DNA from: Nemertoderma westbladi
Taxonomy: Eukaryota; Animalia; Xenacoelomorpha
Reading direction: 5' to 3'
DNA: 33,050 bases
NCBI GenBank assembly: GCA_032718475.1
Contig: JAUCBJ010000170.1
Coordinates: 1-33,050, forward strand
How positions within the stretch are numbered: position 1 is the first letter of the stretch; each line of letters begins with the position of its first letter. Positions 19,471 to 30,847 of this stretch are shown piece after piece. The notes below the pieces were generated by a model. That model was not told the DNA's origin and ran no database searches. It saw only the letters and a list, made by a program, of their open reading frames with translations. A program made the position numbers and the translations under genes.

Positions 19471-20889
19471 TGCTACTACTAGGATCAGCATGCCGCATTG
19501 CAGCTGCATTTTTAAGAATGCTGTGCCGGCTTGTCGACAAAATTGCGCCACCACAACTCCCTATCACCCATGACATTTGCTAGATCATCCGCATCTTCAA
19601 GGCCAGTATCCTTTAAGATGCGTCTCAAGAAAGTCATGGACTGTCCACCATGCTTATTCACTCCATGAGGCTGCCAAAGTACACGATTATGCACTGGCTG
19701 GTCCTCACGGCGAAAGCAATGTCCTGCAAAGCGGAGGCGATTTTGTTCTAGTGTCAAGCTTGGGGGAACCAATGAGATACCTCCAATGTTATATAGTGTC
19801 TGGTTGGAGATGTGTGCATTGTACTTGACACAACGAACCCGGCGTAGCATTCTTGTGAATGTGCCATCCAGAGATTTGATGTCCTCAGCAGTTAGAGCCC
19901 AGCATGGATTCCCATAGAGGAGTACTGGAACTGCTGCTCTTAACGACTCGTAAGAGCTGCTCGGACCTTAAGTTTCTGATTAATTCTCGGTGACTTCCAA
20001 ATCCTGGAAAGCCTATTCAAGGCTGCCCATGCCTTTCCCTTACGTATTCGAAGGTCCTCACCTGACTTCCGGATCCATGATTCCAGGTAACAGAAGTCGT
20101 CCACATGCTCAAGCATACCATCCTTTGAGCTTATGCTCATCCGATCAGAGACTTGCTGAGGACTTTCAAAGTTAACTGTCAAAATTTTGGTCTTTCTGGA
20201 GTTAATAAAAAGACCAACACTAGAAGCAGCATGTTCTAATGAGCTGAGGAGCCGTTGGGCTCCCTCTAGTGATTCTGAGAGTACTCCTAAGTCATCAGCA
20301 AAGTCTAGATCAGTTAGGTACTTGGCAGGATTTCCTCGACTTCTGGAGCCAGTAGGTGGAGTTATCATCACCCCATCATCATTATGATGATCTAAGGACA
20401 TGCGTAGAACATAGTCAACCACAATTATGAACAAGAATGGTGCAAGTGTGTCTCCCTGGAGGACGCCCCATAACACTTCAAATGGTTCTGTGTCACCGTC
20501 AACAGTAGACACAAATGTTGTCGAACCATCGTATACTAATCTGATTGCTGCAATGATTTCATCAGGAATCCCATATAATGAAAGTATGCTGAACATACGT
20601 GAGCGAGAGACTGAATCAAAGGCCTTGAAGAAGTCAACAAAGATAACAGCCAGATGCCTGTCTTTCTTTTTTGATAACTCTTCAATTATCCTTCTAAGTG
20701 CCAAAATGGGCTCCATGGTCCCACGCACGACCTTAACGGAACCCATTCTGATTTCCATGGAGCAGTCTCTCAATGGGATCCCTGATGCGATTTAATATAA
20801 TTCTATTGTATAGCTTTGCAGCAATTGAGATCAATGAGATTCCCCGAAAAGAACCATAGAGTGTTAGGTTGGCCTTCTTGGGAACTGGC
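19471..20889 (-). mobile_element. 5'-truncated RTE-like LINE, copy 2 (disrupted RT)
   Basis: Near-identical to 229-1628; tail CC(TAG)3CA; lesions are a 4-bp CGTG duplication near 20725 and a replaced segment at ~19936-19965; flanked by an 87-bp duplication. Confidence 0.92.
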
Positions 20890-20891
20890 CG

Positions 20892-20978
20892 TTTGGAGAC
20901 GGAGTGGGTGTGCGGGGGTGGAAGAAGACCATGGAGGAGTCTCGGTTTCTGAGACGGAGTGGGTGCGTGGGGTTTTAC
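20892..20978. repeat. 87-bp target-site duplication of LINE copy 2 (partner 19384-19470)
   Basis: Both copies run TTTGGAGACGG...GGGGTTTTAC and include the unique array end; 5 mismatches by eye. Confidence 0.85.
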
Positions 20979-21115
20979 CCTGAAATGTATTAGGACTTCA
21001 AAAATATCTGGGGAACTAATTAATTCTAGGCTACTCTCTTGGAGAAATTGTTTAGTCATTATTATTATTATTAATCAATTGTACAAATGTAACTATATAT
21101 ATTGATTTAATTTAA

Positions 21116-21293
21116 AAACACTTGTAGCTAAATCATAAAAGCAATAATAAAAATTCTGAGTAACCTACTAAGAAGGAGGTAGGTGAAACTGTTTTGTTTC
21201 AAATTTCATGTAATCTCATTAAGAATTGTAGAACAATTTGAGGAGGGTGCTTGACACTGAATTACGACACTATATTCCAAGTGATGGTGTATT
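21116..21293. repeat. Right arm of a diverged inverted repeat pair (partner 17630-17820)
   Basis: Reverse-complement similarity to 17630-17820 with indels. Confidence 0.75.
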
Positions 21294-23249
21294 CTGGTAG
21301 TTCTCCATATTTTGATTGTGATTACAGATACGAAATTAATAAATGAGCGGCTTCTTTGGCAATCGCTTCCAGAAGTCATTCATCGATGTCAGTCATTATG
21401 TCAGTCATTAGGCTGGCAGACACAATTAAAGCTATGACTTTCAAGGCAGCGCATCACTACTATGAGGATCGTAAGTATGATCTTAAATAAGATCGTAAAT
21501 AAGATCTCATGTATGAGGAGTGGGGTAAGAGAAGTTCAACATGGGAATTTTGTACCCATGATATTCACCGTGTTTGGGATATGACACCATCTGCCAGCCA
21601 TTTCGTCCTACTGAGCCAGAGATCCAACAGCCACCGGATAAACACGCTGTCATGACCTACTGCAGTACGTCATGCTGCTGTAATTGAATTCTAAAATCCA
21701 ACAAATCGGGTAATTGTTGTTAGTATAGTTAGATATCCAGACCATTTTTTGATTTTTAAAAATAGTTATTCAAAAAATAATACAAATTAAAATTACAGTT
21801 GTGCTAGCGTGTTTCAAAAAGAGGATTTTTCAAGTATTTGCTTTTAATTAAAATTATAAACAAATTAAATATCTGAAAATCGAATCTGTATTGCTTTGAA
21901 TACCAGTATATTTTTTACTAGCATGTAAAATGCGGGAGCCAGTTGACGAAACTCCCGACTGACTGGGTGTTATTAGTGTTAGATTTCTTATGGACTGAAC
22001 ATAGATGGCTGTTGTGGGACCGAGACATAGGTCTTTGGGTTCAGTGTTAATTAATCGGTGATGCTGAGTTCCACAAAAGTTGTTTTTTAAGAATCTTAAG
22101 AATTTTAAGTTTCAAAGAAATTTGGTCCAAGATTGAGGGGGACTAAGTAGCATTTTTAGTGGAATCTTTAATTCCGCCTCCAGTCGCTAGGGGGAGGCTA
22201 TAAATTAAATTTTCAAATTTTCCTATAGAGGCTTTTGTGCAGTATCATTTAGTGTATAGACGGGAAGGATTGTGATACACACCTTTGTGTTGAGCATTTT
22301 TTATGTTTTGTTTTTTGTTTATTTTGTTTTTGTTTATTTTTGATGGCCCTAGTGGCTAAGTACTAATTGTAGGGCCTAGTGTCCTGAATGTATATATTTT
22401 TTTGTTTTTTTTGTTGTGGGGTGTCAGTCTCTAGTGTTTGCTATAGTGATCATGTCTAAACATGACCGATGAGGCTGTTTGTGATTAATAAGGATGTGCA
22501 ACTGTCCATGTATGTCATTGATTGTCTGGCCAACCACAATATTATGGAGCCTCTCCTGATTAATTAATACCAAATGCAGCAATCATTATTTACTATTATT
22601 ATGCTCGCTCCATGAGCCTCATTTTTTCATTGGTTGGATATTTTGTTCTCATTCAATTTATATAAAGGCAGGCAGGTTTAGTAAAAATAAACCTAAGCAA
22701 CTGGATTGAATTATAATTTGCTTCAAACCGGAATGAGGTAGAAAGTGTCTATAGAGTAATATAAAGTTTCGGGAAGTATTGTTCTCACTGTGGTGGATCA
22801 TCATGTTATGCTATGTTCTGCACAGCATAAACAATCACGATCATAGTACAACTTACACTTGTGCATAAATTACTGAAATATAATGGAAATTGTAATGTAC
22901 CGGTAGTACAAAGCAAACAAAGGCCCACACAACTAGGATATATAGTCAGCTGTCTCTACAAACTAACACCATACAATATTGCGGTAAGTATATACTGTAT
23001 ATACAACATAAATTTGAATATGACATACTGTACCTTTAAAGGTAGATAAACCTTTAAGTACACCATTTTGGTCCAAAATATGTCGAAATTATTTTTATGA
23101 TCTATTATAATGCACGATTAAATAGTGTTTCCAAATCTTAAAACCGCTATTTAATAGCTCTTATGTTTTTAAGATATCACAATTTCCATTTAGGGAGACC
23201 TATTGAAATTACTATTACTATGTGTATAATGAAAGGTCGATTATCTCCA

Positions 23250-25247
23250 AATATTTTTTTTATGAAATTGTCAACTTCAAAACCCTACTACTTCTACAAT
23301 TTTTGAGCAATTAGTCTGAAAATTATGTGGGTGTATATATAGCCATCCTGCATGAAAGTATCAAACAACTTTTTGAAATTTTTTGTTAATAAAACTTAAT
23401 ACTATTTATAACAAACCTAAAAAATTAGCATAAATTTGCAGCTAAATGTGCAGATTTATTTTCACAAAATTTCGCCTGATAGTTACATTGCCCATCTTTT
23501 ATCTATCATATAAAAAAAACTTTCATGTGATTAGATTCAAAACTGTAAAAGCCTTAGGGTTTTAAGCGCACCCAAGTTTTTTTTAATGTTAACTAGTATT
23601 AACTAATATTAAATAGCGAAAAATAATTTTTTTTTAATCATGTAGAATAGCATCTTAGGTACTTCAATTCCAAATTATAGCCAAAACCAAACAATTTTGA
23701 AACGCTGAGAGTGATAAATCGAAGAGTTGTCCGAAAATTGTGTAGAAACTAATTTACATTCAGCGAGCAATGTTTAATAGTTATATCAGTATCGTTTGCC
23801 AATTAGTGATTAATATGGTATGCGCAATGTTTAAGGAATACCTTCCATAACCTAACAGATAAATAATTGTTTGAATTTTAATGCACTGCAAAGCATATCA
23901 GTCAGACAAGATTCAAAGGTTATTTGTATAATCATGAAACTTATTTACAAGATCAATAACAATTACGTGATATATATAGCATTACTGATAATGACTAACC
24001 TTGCTTAGAAACATAATCACAAACCTAGACACTTCTGATCTCACTTCAGAAAGGACAATGTGTTTAAAGAATAAAGTGATGGACGATTCGCCTTAAATTT
24101 TCTCCCAACATTGCTACTCCACGAGCTCAGATTGAAAAAATAGAAGACCAGCTTAAACGTACTTCCACTTACCTCTCACGTACTGATACATAAAGAGATA
24201 AACAGTCTAAATAGAAAGAACTCACCTGATTTGAAATCCCTGGTGATATAACACTATAGATAATGCTCCTGCAAAAATAAGCCTTCTTAGCACTTCTAAA
24301 AATCTTTAATGGAAACATACTAACCTCATACTTTATCAATCCAAGTGCTTTTACCCATTCACACAGATTTGGGTATACGAAGTGTTGGAATGGACTTGGT
24401 TATTGGCTTAGTGATTGAATGAATGTAGCGCTTGGCGCGATTTTTGAATTACTGGCAGACTGGCTGGCGTAGCTTTGCACCAAGCCAAAATACAGTAACT
24501 ACTTGAGTACAACAGTCTTTCTTAAGTTCAATGGTTCAAAGGGTTACCGAAATTGAGACATCAGAAAAACAATCCATTCCTCATAGTGTGGTGAAATTAG
24601 ATAAGTCTACAACCAAAGTATTGTATTTAATAGTAGCTGCTTGGTTGATCCAATCGACGAAAATAGTAAGAATATTTCCTTCAGGACTATTCTATTCGGA
24701 TATGTTTTGGTTTAGTTTGTATTCTATTTCTGCACACCAAGGTTCTTTAAAGTTCCATGCAGTTATATGTTTCATATGTTAAAGATTCATGCAGCAACTA
24801 TGTCACAGGAACCAGAAGTAATTGATTCTCATTATGAATAGTCTCCAACTCAAGTGAACATTTCATTAATTTATTTAGGGGGGGGGGGGGGGGGGGGGGT
24901 AGCACTCCCAAATTGAACCTCACATTTTTGTGTCTCTGGACATTAAAATTGGGTGAATTTTTTTGTGCTACTATACATCGTCTGGACTGTGTAAGAATAA
25001 CCAAACCAAGTATTTTTAAAAATGGCCCATAAGTGGCTCGGTAATGGCCAAAAGTGCCTTTTTGCGCCAATGGCTATTTCTGCACCAATATTTGTTGAAA
25101 TTTGTCGAAATTTGGAATATAAGTTCAGAAGAACCCTGCATCCAATTCTTCTGAACAAATTTTGCCTCAAATGCTCAAATTTCAACAAATTAAAAATCTA
25201 AAAATGAAACAAATTCACACTCATTTCAGATAAAATTGGAGGAGAAA
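23250..25247. repeat. ~2-kb duplicated block, copy A
   Basis: Colinear and nearly identical to 30848-33050; lacks ~240 bp found in copy B (~31988-32229) and has ~45 extra bp near 23577-23625. Confidence 0.93.
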
Positions 25248-25485
25248 TAAATAGCCTTTTCCCTGAAAAAACGTCATTTTGAGATATGGGTGTTTAAAGT
25301 TTTAGGAACAATTCAATCCTTCCTGCTATTTTAGATATACCATTTTTCTATGTTCAACAATATCTTTGTCAAAAATAAATGACATTCAACGAAATTTTTC
25401 ATGCTTGCTAAACAGATAACTAGTAAATCAACATTTTAGCAATTTTATTCACATTTGTACCGTAACTGCCACTACACATTAAAAT

Positions 25486-25705
25486 CGAGGGCAGAAAATA
25501 TAAAGCGAGGGCATAAAATATAAAGCGAGGTCAGAAAATATAAAGCGAGGGCAGAAAATATAAAGCGAGGGCAGAAAATATAAAGCGAGAGCAGAAAATA
25601 TATAGCGAGGGCAGAAAATATAAAACAAGGGCAGAAAATATAAAGACAGGGCAGAAAATATAAAACAAGGGCAGAAAATATAAAACAAGTGCAGAAAATA
25701 TAAAG
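25486..25705. repeat. 20-bp tandem array, 11 units
   Basis: Unit CGAGGGCAGAAAATATAAAG drifting to CAAGGGCAGAAAATATAAAA, in exact 20-bp phase. Confidence 0.95.
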
Positions 25706-27959
25706 ACTGAAAGACAGGGAAGAAAATGTTATGAAGGCCAATGAAGGCCAATGTACAGATATACTGTACATTCTACTGTCTGACTGTATAATTGACCGCT
25801 ACCGGCAGACCGGTACAGTTGTATGAGTACCATGGTTCCGGTTGGTTTAACAAACTTTTAACAACTTATTGACGCCGAAGTGATCAGGTTGCAAGGACTA
25901 ATGTGTTTCATGGCCTCCACCTGCAGTAGACCTACAGTGCTGCAGTAACAGTACATACAGTGTGCTACAGTACTGGTACTGTACTGTAGTACCATACTGG
26001 TGCAGTGTTGACCGTTGGACCATTTTCTGCATTTGTTTTACCATTTTCTGCATTTGTTTTACCGTTTTATGTTATCAAACCCAGAAACTGCTTGTGCTTA
26101 CCTTATTGTTCAGTTGTTGTCTTTTACTATGTTGTAAGTTTACTATGACTACTGGACTACTGACTGTCTGACCATATGGTTTCCCTCAATTGGTGAAGTG
26201 ATCGTTAATTGTTTTGGGGTTTTTGTTTTGTTTTGTGTTACTTATATCACATCACATCATATCATATCATATCACATCAACTTATATCTGTATATGAATC
26301 TGAATATATCTGAATCTGTATTATGTGGAGGCCCCCAAATACGTTAATCCCAATCCCGTAGTACCAGTTTGCCGGTACCTGAATGTGCATATCTGCATAT
26401 GACCACTACAGGGGGGGGGGGGGGGGGGGGGTAACTGCTCCATAATGAAACCAAGGTTTCTGCATGGTTCAGCGGGGGTGGGGGGGGGGGGGGGTAGTAA
26501 TATTTGTGCTCAACTAAATTTTTTTTTATTTATTTATTATATCTACTGTACTTACACATGTCTTATTTCCGGTATTACATACATAGGAGTAACATAGTTG
26601 CTCCTGTACACTGACGCTATTGTTCCAAATAATCATTTAGTGTGTATACATTGAATGCCCAGTGCAATTTTTTATCATAAATTCTCTGCGTGGGATAAAT
26701 ATTTCTCCATTTGACGCAACACCGCCGCGGCCGCTATGAGGGAGGTGAATACCGCGGCCGCTCCTAAAGCCGCAGGCCATCGCTAACTATATAGGTTAAC
26801 TTGGGATTCTGGGGGACTTTTCGATGAAGGAACTGACCAATTTTTTTTATTTTCGCACCAGGGGAGCGGCTCGGAATTCTAAGATATTAGCAACTCTAAC
26901 ATTAGCAAATCTATCCCCTCGACGGACACGGCAGACAAAAAACCGTCATTTTTTCGACTTTTTTAAAAATTTTTTGAAAGGCGCTCTACAGTGGCTCGAA
27001 AAAACCCTAGGTTATTGCTTAGCCGACGCCGGGATACGATAGAAGGGATTAATTGGTGAATTCGTTTTTTTTTTCAAAAAAGATTAGCACGCCTTTTTCC
27101 CGAAATTGTCCGTCAAAGTTGAAAAAACGGACAAAATGACTTTGCGGGATCCGCTATAACTCGGCTAATATTAATCGTACGGGGACGAAAGTACCGCGGT
27201 TGGAAAGGGGAAGAGTGGTACTACCTTCGTATCGAATGGGGGTAAGATATTTATTAAAATTTCGGGTGGAAAAAGGGGCCGTAAATTTGTACGTTTTTGT
27301 CCGTCTTTTTTGGAACACTTATTTCCGAAATGTTTAATTCGACAACGCGGGTAGGAATCCACTAATTCTTTTATGAAACTCGTAGAAGACCATTGGGGCT
27401 ACGTTCCTATCGAATGGAGGTACAAAAAATATGTCAGCAATAGGGGCCAAAAAGGGCCAGAATTTGTAATATTCTAGTAGTATTTTTTAGTAGTAGTTTT
27501 TTCGAATATTTTTTTAATTTTTAACTTTAGTTGGTTAAGGTACATTCTATGCGGTCAATATCGATACGGGGAATTCAAATATGCTATAGGTTTTGCTCCA
27601 AGGATGATAATAAAAAAATGAGGGCCAAAATTATAATTTCGCGCTTCAAACTCGCTTTGCGGGAAATCGTCTAGCTCGAAAACTACTTAACTTACGGGAG
27701 ATTTGTTTACACAGACTTATAGTGCGTTAAATTATCTATCTAACAGCGTTAATTACAGCGCCGGAGGTATTATTAAACTGGAGCGGCAGACGATCGTGTG
27801 AAATATAATATTTATAAAAAGGGACGAAAAATTTTTTTTTTTTACAAATCGCTACTCCATTATAGTTTAGCGTATTGCGCCAAAAGTACCTGTAAAAGGT
27901 ATCAAATTAACTCCGCTATCTTTTATTTTAACATATATAATTAAAATTACGAATTTTAA

Positions 27960-29378
27960 CCCTATTACCACTGGGGTGTTTTGACCATTAGCACCACTGG
28001 GGGGGGGGCCGATTCGGCCCACCCACTATATTTTTGTATTCGTCCAATGAAATCCTACAAAATTTGGGCTGTTGGTGAAACAACTATAGATGAACACTAC
28101 CAAACCTTAAAAAGTTAAAATTTCATAAGCAGGGACTCATAATTTTGATGAAAAATAAAAGTAGTCCCAGGACAAAATTAAAAAATTTTTCGTTTTCTAA
28201 AAACTTATAGTGTGGCAGTGTTGGCTAGATTTAGTAGGTTTTTCAAGACGCTGAATCGAATGTGATTATATTCCACTTCCAAAAATTGAAGTGGATGCTA
28301 TTTTTCGTGCACCTAAGAAGTGGGCGTGGCACTTCAAATTTTGAAAAATTAGATATTCAGAAAATGCCCCTAATTTTTTTATTTCAACGCATCTTTATGG
28401 GTTTTCTGGGCCGCTGAATCGATTGAAAGTAATATAGAAGCCTGAAGACTGAGTGGTTCGCCATTTTTGGTGCACCAAAAATAGGGCGTGGCACTTCAAA
28501 TTTTGAAAAATATGAGATTCGGAAAATACACTAAAGTTTTGATTTGCAAAGCATTTTTATAGGTTTTCTGGAGCGCTGAATCGATTGAAAGTAGTATAGA
28601 AGCCTGAAGACTTAGAAGTTAGCCATTTTTTGAAATCAAAACTTTAGTGTTTTTTCCGAATAAAGTAACTTTGAAAATTTGAAGTGCCACGCCCTAATTT
28701 TGGTGCACCGAAAATTACGTACACAAAGGATTTGAGGCTTCTATATTACTTTCAATCGATTCAGCGCTCCATAAAACCTATAAAATTAATTTGAAATCAA
28801 AACTTTAGTGAATTTTCCGAATCTCGTATTTTTCAAAATTTGAAGTGCCACGCCCTAATTTTGGTGCACCAAAAATGGCGAACCACTAAGTCTTCAGGCT
28901 TCTATATTACTTTCAATCGATTCAGCGCTCCAGAAAACCTATAAAAATGCTTCGAAATCAGAACTTTAGTAAATTTTCCGAATAAAATAATTTTGAAATT
29001 TTAAAGTGCCACGCCCTAAATTTGGTGCTCCAAAAATGACGTACCACTACACTTACATGCTTGTGTAGAGCATTAGAGTGATCCAAACCAATAAAAATAA
29101 ATAAAAATAGCCCAAACATAAATAATTACTAAATCACGAATGATTTTGTAAAATTCGAAAATTTCAAAAATTTTGGTGCTGGAGACCAAATTTTGAGGTG
29201 GCACCCACATCGAAAAGTAGAAATCCAATTGCAACGGCGTTTTTTGCAAAAGATGCAGCATTAAATTTGGCTAATTCTCACAAAAAATTGGGCCGGTACG
29301 TAATGTGGTTGCATAGTTACAGCAACTAAAAACTAGGAAGGGGCCGATTCGGCCCCCCCCCCCCCAGTGGTAATAGGG
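27960..29378. mobile_element. Non-autonomous piggyBac-type DNA transposon (~1.4 kb)
   Basis: TTAA at 27956-27959 and 29379-29382; TIR CCCTATTACCACTGGGG at both ends; subterminal palindrome GGGCCGATTCGGCCC near both ends; no transposase ORF. Confidence 0.85.
28237..29041. repeat. ~161-bp units, ~2.5 forward then ~2.5 inverted (foldback), centre near 28630
   Basis: cgctgaatcgattgaaagta and gggcgtggcacttcaaa recur forward (28237-28630) and as tactttcaatcgattcagcg and tttgaagtgccacgccc in reverse (28631-29041). Confidence 0.9.
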
Positions 29379-30511
29379 TTAAGGGTCGAAAAATATCGCG
29401 TTATTTTGGCCCTTTATTTTAATTTTTTTGGGGCCAATAATAACCCCTTCTCAAAAGATTAAGAAAAAAATTACGGCAAAGAATATACCAATTTTATCGA
29501 ATTTGGACCACCAGAACTGAAGTTAGAGCGATTTTAGTGAAAAAATAAAAATATTTTTTTTTTGCAAAAAATTAAGAATGGTCAATATTGGATTTCAAAC
29601 ACGCGAACGTAGGTTTCATTAACGTGATTGATAACCACTAGACTATCTGACCAAGAGAATTTGAAATTTTCGAGTGACTATTTTTAAACTTCAATAACTA
29701 CAGGTTCTACAGGGCCGTTTAATCTGAAACTTTTTTCATTGGATAGAGGATAGATTGTAGTGTGTGAAATAGGATAAAACTTGGGAAAAGACTTATGTGC
29801 ACTTAGTGCAAAATGCACTTAAATAGTGAACATTTTTTCGATATTTCAAACACTATTATTTCCAGTTCTATTCATTGTAGAATGTTATTTTTTGGATTAA
29901 AATGTAGTTTTGAATGATTTCTAACTATAATCGTAACATTTGTTTAATTTTTTATATCTATAAAGTGACTTAAAATGTCCATGAATATGGTCCAAAATCG
30001 CAAATATCGAGATTTATTAAATTGGATTTTTGACACTTTTAGCGACTGACACTTGATCATACACCATCGTAGATCGGTAGAGGATAAACATAAGTTTGTT
30101 AAATAAGAGCCACCATTACGATCTGCTAAAGTGCACTTGTACAAATAAGTGTGCAAAAGTGCAAATTTTTTAATAAGGTCAAATTATATAGTATTGGGTT
30201 CTTTTCTTTGCATATACTTTATTTTCATATTGATATGTTGTTTGAACCTTACTGAGCGCATTAGGGGATATGCGTACAAATAACCGGCCCTTATGAGGCT
30301 TCGATTGGGTAAATTAATAAAACATAAGGTTGTATAGTATAATATTCTAAAAACCAGTGTGATATTAATTGCACTTTAAATAATAAATAAAGATCAAATA
30401 ACAAATGGACCACACAATTAAAAACTCGCACAATTTTGTACTTTTTATATCGCTTAAAATTAATTCAACAGTGGATATTTGGGGGAAGGGGGAAGTTACA
30501 GTGTGCATTCG

Positions 30512-30558
30512 GGGGAAGTTTGGTGAACTGCATTTATGCAGTGAATCCAAACTTCCCC
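30512..30558. repeat. Short inverted repeat / hairpin
   Basis: GGGGAAGTTTGG...ACTGCAT-TT-ATGCAGT...CCAAACTTCCCC (12-bp outer and 7-bp inner stems). Confidence 0.7.
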
Positions 30559-30847
30559 ATTTGATATATCATATACTTAAGACATACTAGGGTGACGGGG
30601 AAATATTTGTTACTGTCACACTTTGCTTCCATTTATCCTATCCTTTATTATTACCCCAGTCAGATAAGAGATAATAAATCAGTAAAAACTAAACTAAACT
30701 GTCTTTCATGCAAAAAAATTTCTAACTAAAGACGGGTGAATGACCATGACCATGGAAATAATTTTAAATATAATTGTATATCAACTATTTGGGGAGGCTT
30801 CCAAGGTAAACCCGAAAACAATTATTTTGTTACATATATATATATAT

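Larger units (their letters stand above)
26700..30300. mobile_element. Unclassified non-coding interspersed repeat(s) hosting the piggyBac-type insert; boundaries approximate
   Basis: CpG-richer, A/T-tract-punctuated sequence without ORFs; similar composition on both sides of the TTAA site (aaaattacgaatt-TTAA-gggtcgaaaaatatcgcg); no termini or TSD identified. Confidence 0.35.

Noticed and set aside
18357-19583. Long overlapping ORFs on both strands (up to 384 aa)
   Set aside because: Produced by a stop-poor 55-bp minisatellite whose unit is not a multiple of 3; the peptides cycle through frames.
21340-21690. Coding-like fragment with a GTAAGT donor near 21471
   Set aside because: Short, interrupted by small duplications and not assignable to a family.
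22460-22490. Hammerhead-like CCGATGAG
   Set aside because: Core differs from CTGATGA and there is no stem II or GAAA.
23031-23057. Kolobok-like TTAA-AGGT termini (palindrome TACCTTTAAAGGTA)
   Set aside because: No matching partner terminus found in the window.
24531-24782. 83-aa ORF identical in both duplicated blocks
   Set aside because: Identity is expected from recent duplication; no recognisable motif.
25472-25771. Hydrophobic ORFs on the minus strand
   Set aside because: Translation of the 20-bp tandem array.
26411-26495. Poly-G tracts (also ~3033 poly-C, 18317, 24878, 32677)
   Set aside because: Simple homopolymers of variable length with no evidence of function beyond generic G4 potential.
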